DNA from: an uncultured Gemmatimonadales bacterium
Lineage (GTDB): Bacteria > Gemmatimonadota > Gemmatimonadetes > Longimicrobiales > RSA9
Length of the DNA: 64,000 nt
NCBI GenBank assembly: GCA_963741945.1
Contig: CAVUKA010000004.1
Location: 224,001 to 288,000, forward strand
Direction of reading: 5' to 3'
The notes below the pieces were generated by a model, which was not told where the DNA came from, did not search any database, and was given only the letters and a program-made list of their open reading frames with translations. This document shows positions 60,166 through 64,000 of this stretch, in pieces. Position 1 is the stretch's first letter; each line of letters starts with the position of its first letter. The position numbers were made by a program, and so were the translations under genes.

Positions 60166-61362
60166 TCAGTCCTCCAGGAGCCGCCCCGGCCGGACGGCCC
60201 CGGGTCCGAACCGGTCGCGAAGGTGGTCGGTAGCGCGGGACAGGCGACGGTCGCGCTCGCTCTCGAGCGGCGAGTCGGCGGGATCGTCGAACAGGACCAG
60301 TTGCGTCGGCTCGTCCTGCTCGGAGAAGTGGGACACGCCCACGCCCAGGAGGCGAGCGCCGACCCTTCGGCGCCGGCGGAGTGTGACCAGCAGCTCACTG
60401 GCAATGGCGAGGATCGCGCGGTCGGACTCCAGCGGCTGGTCCACGGTGCGGCTGGCTGTGCGGCTGCGGAAATCGGCGTCCTTGATCTTCACGGTGACAG
60501 TGCGTGCCCGGAGCGCCTGTCGGCGGAGATCGGCGGCCACGCGCATGGCCAGCGCCATCAGCTCGCGCTCCAGCTCGTGGTCGTGCTGGAGGTCCTGTGG
60601 GAACGTCTCCTCCCGCGACATGGACTTGGCTGCGGCGTCGGGCTCCAGGACGTCACTGGCGCGGCCGCGGATCCGCTCGTAGAGCCACGCACCGCGCCCC
60701 GTCCCCACCATTCCCTCGAGCTCCGCCTCCGTGAGGGGGAGTGCGTCCGGCACGCGGACCAGTCCCATGGTGCGGAGCCGGTCGGCCAGGACCGGTCCCA
60801 CACCGGGGATCTCCGCCAGCGCGAACGCCTCGAGGAACGCGCTCTCCCCGCCCTGCTCGACAATGTGCACGCCCGCCGGTTTCGCGCGCTCCGCCGCGAG
60901 CTTCGCCACCATCCGGTTCGTGCCGCCGCCGATGGAGACCGTGATCGCTGTATCGGCTTTCACGGCCGCCTGGATCCGGAGCGCCGTCTCCCGCAGCGGC
61001 TCTCCGCGATAGAGCGCCTCCGTGCCCGCGAGGTCGAGAAAGGCCTCATCGACGGAAGCGGCCTCCATCACCGGCGCGAAGCGGGCGAGGACATCGCGCA
61101 CCTCGTGCGACTTGCGGCGGCACATCTCGCGTGGCACGGGCACGACCCTGGCCCGTGGGCAGAGCCGGAGCGCATGGGCGGTGGGCATGGCCGAGTGGCA
61201 GCCGAACGCGCGGGTCTCATACGACGCGGACGTCACCACGCCCCGCCCATCCGGCGCACCGCCCACCAGCAGCAGCGGCTCACGGCCGGCCCCCTCCGGG
61301 TCCGCCAGCCGCGCGCACTGGACGAAGAACTGGTCGCAGTCCACGAGAAGGAGGCGCTTCAT
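60166..61362 (-). CDS. dinB: DNA polymerase IV
   Basis: DCDQFF, SYETR, SVDEAF, AKLA...KPAG. Confidence 0.92.
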   Translation of the reverse strand: MKRLLLVDCDQFFVQCARLADPEGAGREPLLLVGGAPDGRGVVTSASYETRAFGCHSAMPTAHALRLCPRARVVPVPREMCRRKSHEVRDVLARFAPVMEAASVDEAFLDLAGTEALYRGEPLRETALRIQAAVKADTAITVSIGGGTNRMVAKLAAERAKPAGVHIVEQGGESAFLEAFALAEIPGVGPVLADRLRTMGLVRVPDALPLTEAELEGMVGTGRGAWLYERIRGRASDVLEPDAAAKSMSREETFPQDLQHDHELERELMALAMRVAADLRRQALRARTVTVKIKDADFRSRTASRTVDQPLESDRAILAIASELLVTLRRRRRVGARLLGVGVSHFSEQDEPTQLVLFDDPADSPLESERDRRLSRATDHLRDRFGPGAVRPGRLLED

Positions 61363-61536
61363 GGCCGGAAAGCTACGCGGACCCGGCTCCGCCTGGTAGC
61401 CGTGGCCCCGGGCGGCCCGCACCGGCACCAGACGGAGAACGGCCGCGGACCAGCGCCAGGGCGCCGGCCGCGGCCGCAGGACCGGGCGGACGGGGAGCGC
61501 GTTGCGGGATCCAGCGCGCCCCCGTCCTCGCAGTGC

Positions 61537-63204
61537 TCAGAACAGCCCGACGATGGTCCCGTCCGGCTCGACCCGCATCCGTTCGGCGGCCGGTGTGGCC
61601 CCGAGCCCGGGCATGGTCATGATGTCCCCCGTCTTTGCCACCACGAACCCGGCGCCCGCGGACGGTGTGACCTCGCGAACCGTGACCCGGAAGCCTTTCG
61701 GGCGCCCGAGCTTGGACGGATCGTCCGAGAAGGAGTACTGGGTCTTTGCCATGCAGATGGGCACTTCGCGCAGCCCGATCGACTCCAGCTGCTCGATCTC
61801 CTTCTTCGCTGACGGCAGGAAGTCCACGCCATCCGCGCCGTAGATCTCCCTGGCGATGGTCTCCATCTTCTCCGCCAGCCCCATGTCGAGCGGGTAGAGC
61901 GGCTTGAAGTCCGCCTTGCCGGAGTCCGCCACTTCCACGACGGCGTCGGCGAGCTCCAGACAGCCCGCACCGCCCTGGCCCCAGGGATCCGCTTCCACTG
62001 CGCGAACACCCCACCCCTTCGCCGCCTCCAGGACCGCTGCCACCTCGGCGTCCGTGTCCGCCGAGAACCGGTTCAGCGCGACCACGGGCGGAACCCCGTG
62101 CTTCGCCACGTTCTTCACGTGCGCTTCCAGGTTCTCCAGCCCGCGCTTCAGCGCCTCGACATTCTCCTTCCCCAACTCGCTCTTCGGCACACCGCCGTGC
62201 ATCTTCATCGCCCGCACCGTGGCGACCACAACGGCCACCGCCGGCTTCAGCCCGCCCACACGGCTCTTGATGTTGAAGAACTTCTCGGCGCCGAGGTCGG
62301 CCCCGAAGCCGGCCTCCGTGACCACGTAGTCGCCGAGCTGGAGGGCCGTGTTCGTGGCGACCAGCGAGTTGCAGCCGTGGGCGATGTTGCCGAAGGGACC
62401 CGCGTGGATCAGCGTGGGCGTGCCGCCCAGGGTCTGAACGAGGTTCGGGGCCATGGCATCCTTCATCAGGAGCGTCATGGCGCCCGCCGCATTCAGGTCG
62501 CGGGCCCGAACGGGCTGCCTCTCGCGCGTGAAGCCCACGATGATGTCGCCGAAACGCTTCTCGAGATCCTCGAGCCCGGAGGCGAGGGCGAAGATGGCCA
62601 TGATCTCGGACGCGGCCGTGATGACGAAGTGGTCCTCGCGCGTGGTGCCGCCGTTGATGCCGCCCACGCCGATGACCACGTTGCGGAGCGCGCGGTCGTT
62701 CATGTCGACCGTCCGCGGCCACGTGATGCGACGGGAATCGATGCCCAGCGTGTTCGGCCGCCAGAGGTGGTTGTCCAGCATGGCCGAAAGCAGCGCGTGC
62801 GCCGACGTGACAGCGTGGAAATCACCCGTGAAGTGCAGGTTGATGTCGGCCATCGGTACGACCTGCGCGTAGCCGCCGCCGGCGGCGCCACCCTTGATCC
62901 CGAACACGGGTCCCAGGCTCGGCTCGCGGAGCGTGAGCATGGGGTTCTTCGACCGCAGGCTGAGCGCGTCGGCGAGCCCCACGGCCGTTGTCGACTTGCC
63001 CTCGCCCGCCGGCGTGGGATTGATCCCCGCCACCAGGATCAGCTTGCCACGCGGCGGCGTGTCGCGCTGAGAGATCTCGAGTGGGATCTTCGCCTTGTAG
63101 CGGCCGTACGGAATGATGTCGTCCGCCGACAGTCCGATCTTCCCCGCTATCTCCGTGATCGGCCGCAGCTCGGCTTCCTGGGCGATCTGGATATCCGTCT
63201 TCAT
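61537..63204 (-). CDS. fhs: Formate--tetrahydrofolate ligase
   Basis: TPAGEGKST, GIKGGAAGGGY, GPFGNIAHG, CMAKTQYS, TMPGL. Confidence 0.97.
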   Translation of the reverse strand: MKTDIQIAQEAELRPITEIAGKIGLSADDIIPYGRYKAKIPLEISQRDTPPRGKLILVAGINPTPAGEGKSTTAVGLADALSLRSKNPMLTLREPSLGPVFGIKGGAAGGGYAQVVPMADINLHFTGDFHAVTSAHALLSAMLDNHLWRPNTLGIDSRRITWPRTVDMNDRALRNVVIGVGGINGGTTREDHFVITAASEIMAIFALASGLEDLEKRFGDIIVGFTRERQPVRARDLNAAGAMTLLMKDAMAPNLVQTLGGTPTLIHAGPFGNIAHGCNSLVATNTALQLGDYVVTEAGFGADLGAEKFFNIKSRVGGLKPAVAVVVATVRAMKMHGGVPKSELGKENVEALKRGLENLEAHVKNVAKHGVPPVVALNRFSADTDAEVAAVLEAAKGWGVRAVEADPWGQGGAGCLELADAVVEVADSGKADFKPLYPLDMGLAEKMETIAREIYGADGVDFLPSAKKEIEQLESIGLREVPICMAKTQYSFSDDPSKLGRPKGFRVTVREVTPSAGAGFVVAKTGDIMTMPGLGATPAAERMRVEPDGTIVGLF

Positions 63205-63259
63205 GCGCACCTTCTCCGGTCTTGGTCCGTCCATCCACACTGGTCAATGTGGCGGGCAA

Positions 63260-63288
63260 AGCGTGGCTCGCGGGCACCCGGGTGTCAA
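63260..63288 (-). promoter_or_regulatory. Putative sigma70 promoter of fhs
   Basis: TTGACA, 17 nt, CACGCT on the minus strand. Confidence 0.45.
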
Positions 63289-63346
63289 GTCGGGGAATGT
63301 CCCCAAAGAATGGCGGGGCGGAGCGGCGGAGGGGTGCGGAATCGTG

Positions 63347-63379
63347 CGACGCCCCGACACAGCGAGTGTCGGGGCGTCG
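63347..63379 (-). terminator. Perfect 14-bp hairpin after the USP gene
   Basis: CGACGCCCCGACAC, 5-nt loop, GTGTCGGGGCGTCG, 2 nt past the stop; no U-tract. Confidence 0.55.
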
Positions 63380-63381
63380 GC

Positions 63382-64000
63382 TCAGGAGGAGCGGGTCAGC
63401 GTGACTGGCCGCCCGGGCGCCCCTCCCGGCAGCCGGGCATCAATGCCCGACGCCACGGGTGTGGCCAGGATCGCAGTCCTGGCTTCCGCGATCAGGCGGC
63501 GTGCCACGCGTCCGACCACGACCCGGCCGTTGCAGATGTAGCCGTCGCTGCCGAACGCCAGCAGGCCCACACCGAGCTCTTCCGAGAGCCGGAGCAGCTC
63601 GGCCACCGGATCCCCGGTGAGGGTGTGACAGGTCACCGACGTGGCCCCGGTCTCCTTGAGCTCGGCCACCAGTGCGTTGAACCCGTCCTCGACAGCGCAG
63701 CGGTAGCAGCCGCCCCAGTCCCACACGGAAGCGGCCGGGAAGTCCATGGACGGGCTGACGTGCGCCAGATGCAGCTCTCCCTTGAGTCCCACGATCTGCA
63801 GCGCCGCACGGGCGGCATCGGCGGCGGCCGTGCGGAAGTCGATGCCCACCAGCGCACTGGTGGGGAGGGCGCCGTCACGGGCGATGAACACCGGCGTCTC
63901 GGTGAGGTGCAGCAGCTCCATGGCCGTGGACGTGCCGTCCGGCTTGGACGCGTCGACGCCCAGGACCACCATGCGGGCGCCTCTCGCTTTCGCCGCGTCG
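63382..64000 (-). CDS. Universal stress protein (tandem USP domains); 5' partial
   Basis: Frame open to the window edge (DAAKARGARMVVLG); LVGIDF, GDPVAEL, GRVARRLI. Confidence 0.8.
   Translation of the reverse strand, partial: DAAKARGARMVVLGVDASKPDGTSTAMELLHLTETPVFIARDGALPTSALVGIDFRTAAADAARAALQIVGLKGELHLAHVSPSMDFPAASVWDWGGCYRCAVEDGFNALVAELKETGATSVTCHTLTGDPVAELLRLSEELGVGLLAFGSDGYICNGRVVVGRVARRLIAEARTAILATPVASGIDARLPGGAPGRPVTLTRSS

Noticed and set aside
63205-63381. ZTP or THF riboswitch upstream of fhs
   Set aside because: No consensus elements recognised on the minus strand, and the putative promoter leaves only a short leader.
1-64000. CRISPR arrays, IS elements, rRNA, tRNA-Sec
   Set aside because: No spaced direct repeats, transposase motifs or matching RNA structures were seen.

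Overview
GC-rich bacterial chromosomal segment; gene content and style suggest Gemmatimonadota, which is an inference. About 55 densely packed genes are mostly housekeeping: the sufC-sufB-sufD-Rieske-sufS-sufU Fe-S operon plus a separate sufT-like gene, FadI thiolase, pfk, a GyrA/ParC subunit, proline dehydrogenase, uppP, dinB, fhs, DsbD/TlpA redox proteins, cell-wall and secreted peptidases, and one tRNA-Asn(GTT). Five items stand out. (1) A coupled three-gene module of N6-adenine MTase, catalytically degenerate PLD-fold protein and SNF2 helicase lies just upstream of the tRNA; both large genes carry a -1 frame break. (2) A SelW/Rdx selenoprotein (CxxU, in-frame TGA, SECIS-like hairpin) is missed by the ORF track. 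(3) A cerR-spt-bCerS-like ceramide synthesis operon is followed by a CPBP protease. (4) A MASE2 hybrid kinase, partner-switching operon contains a patatin gene next to a REC-PP2C gene. (5) The GyrA-like subunit has no GyrA-box. No CRISPR array, transposase, integrase or rRNA was seen. Protein calls rest on motifs read by eye; no database searches were run.
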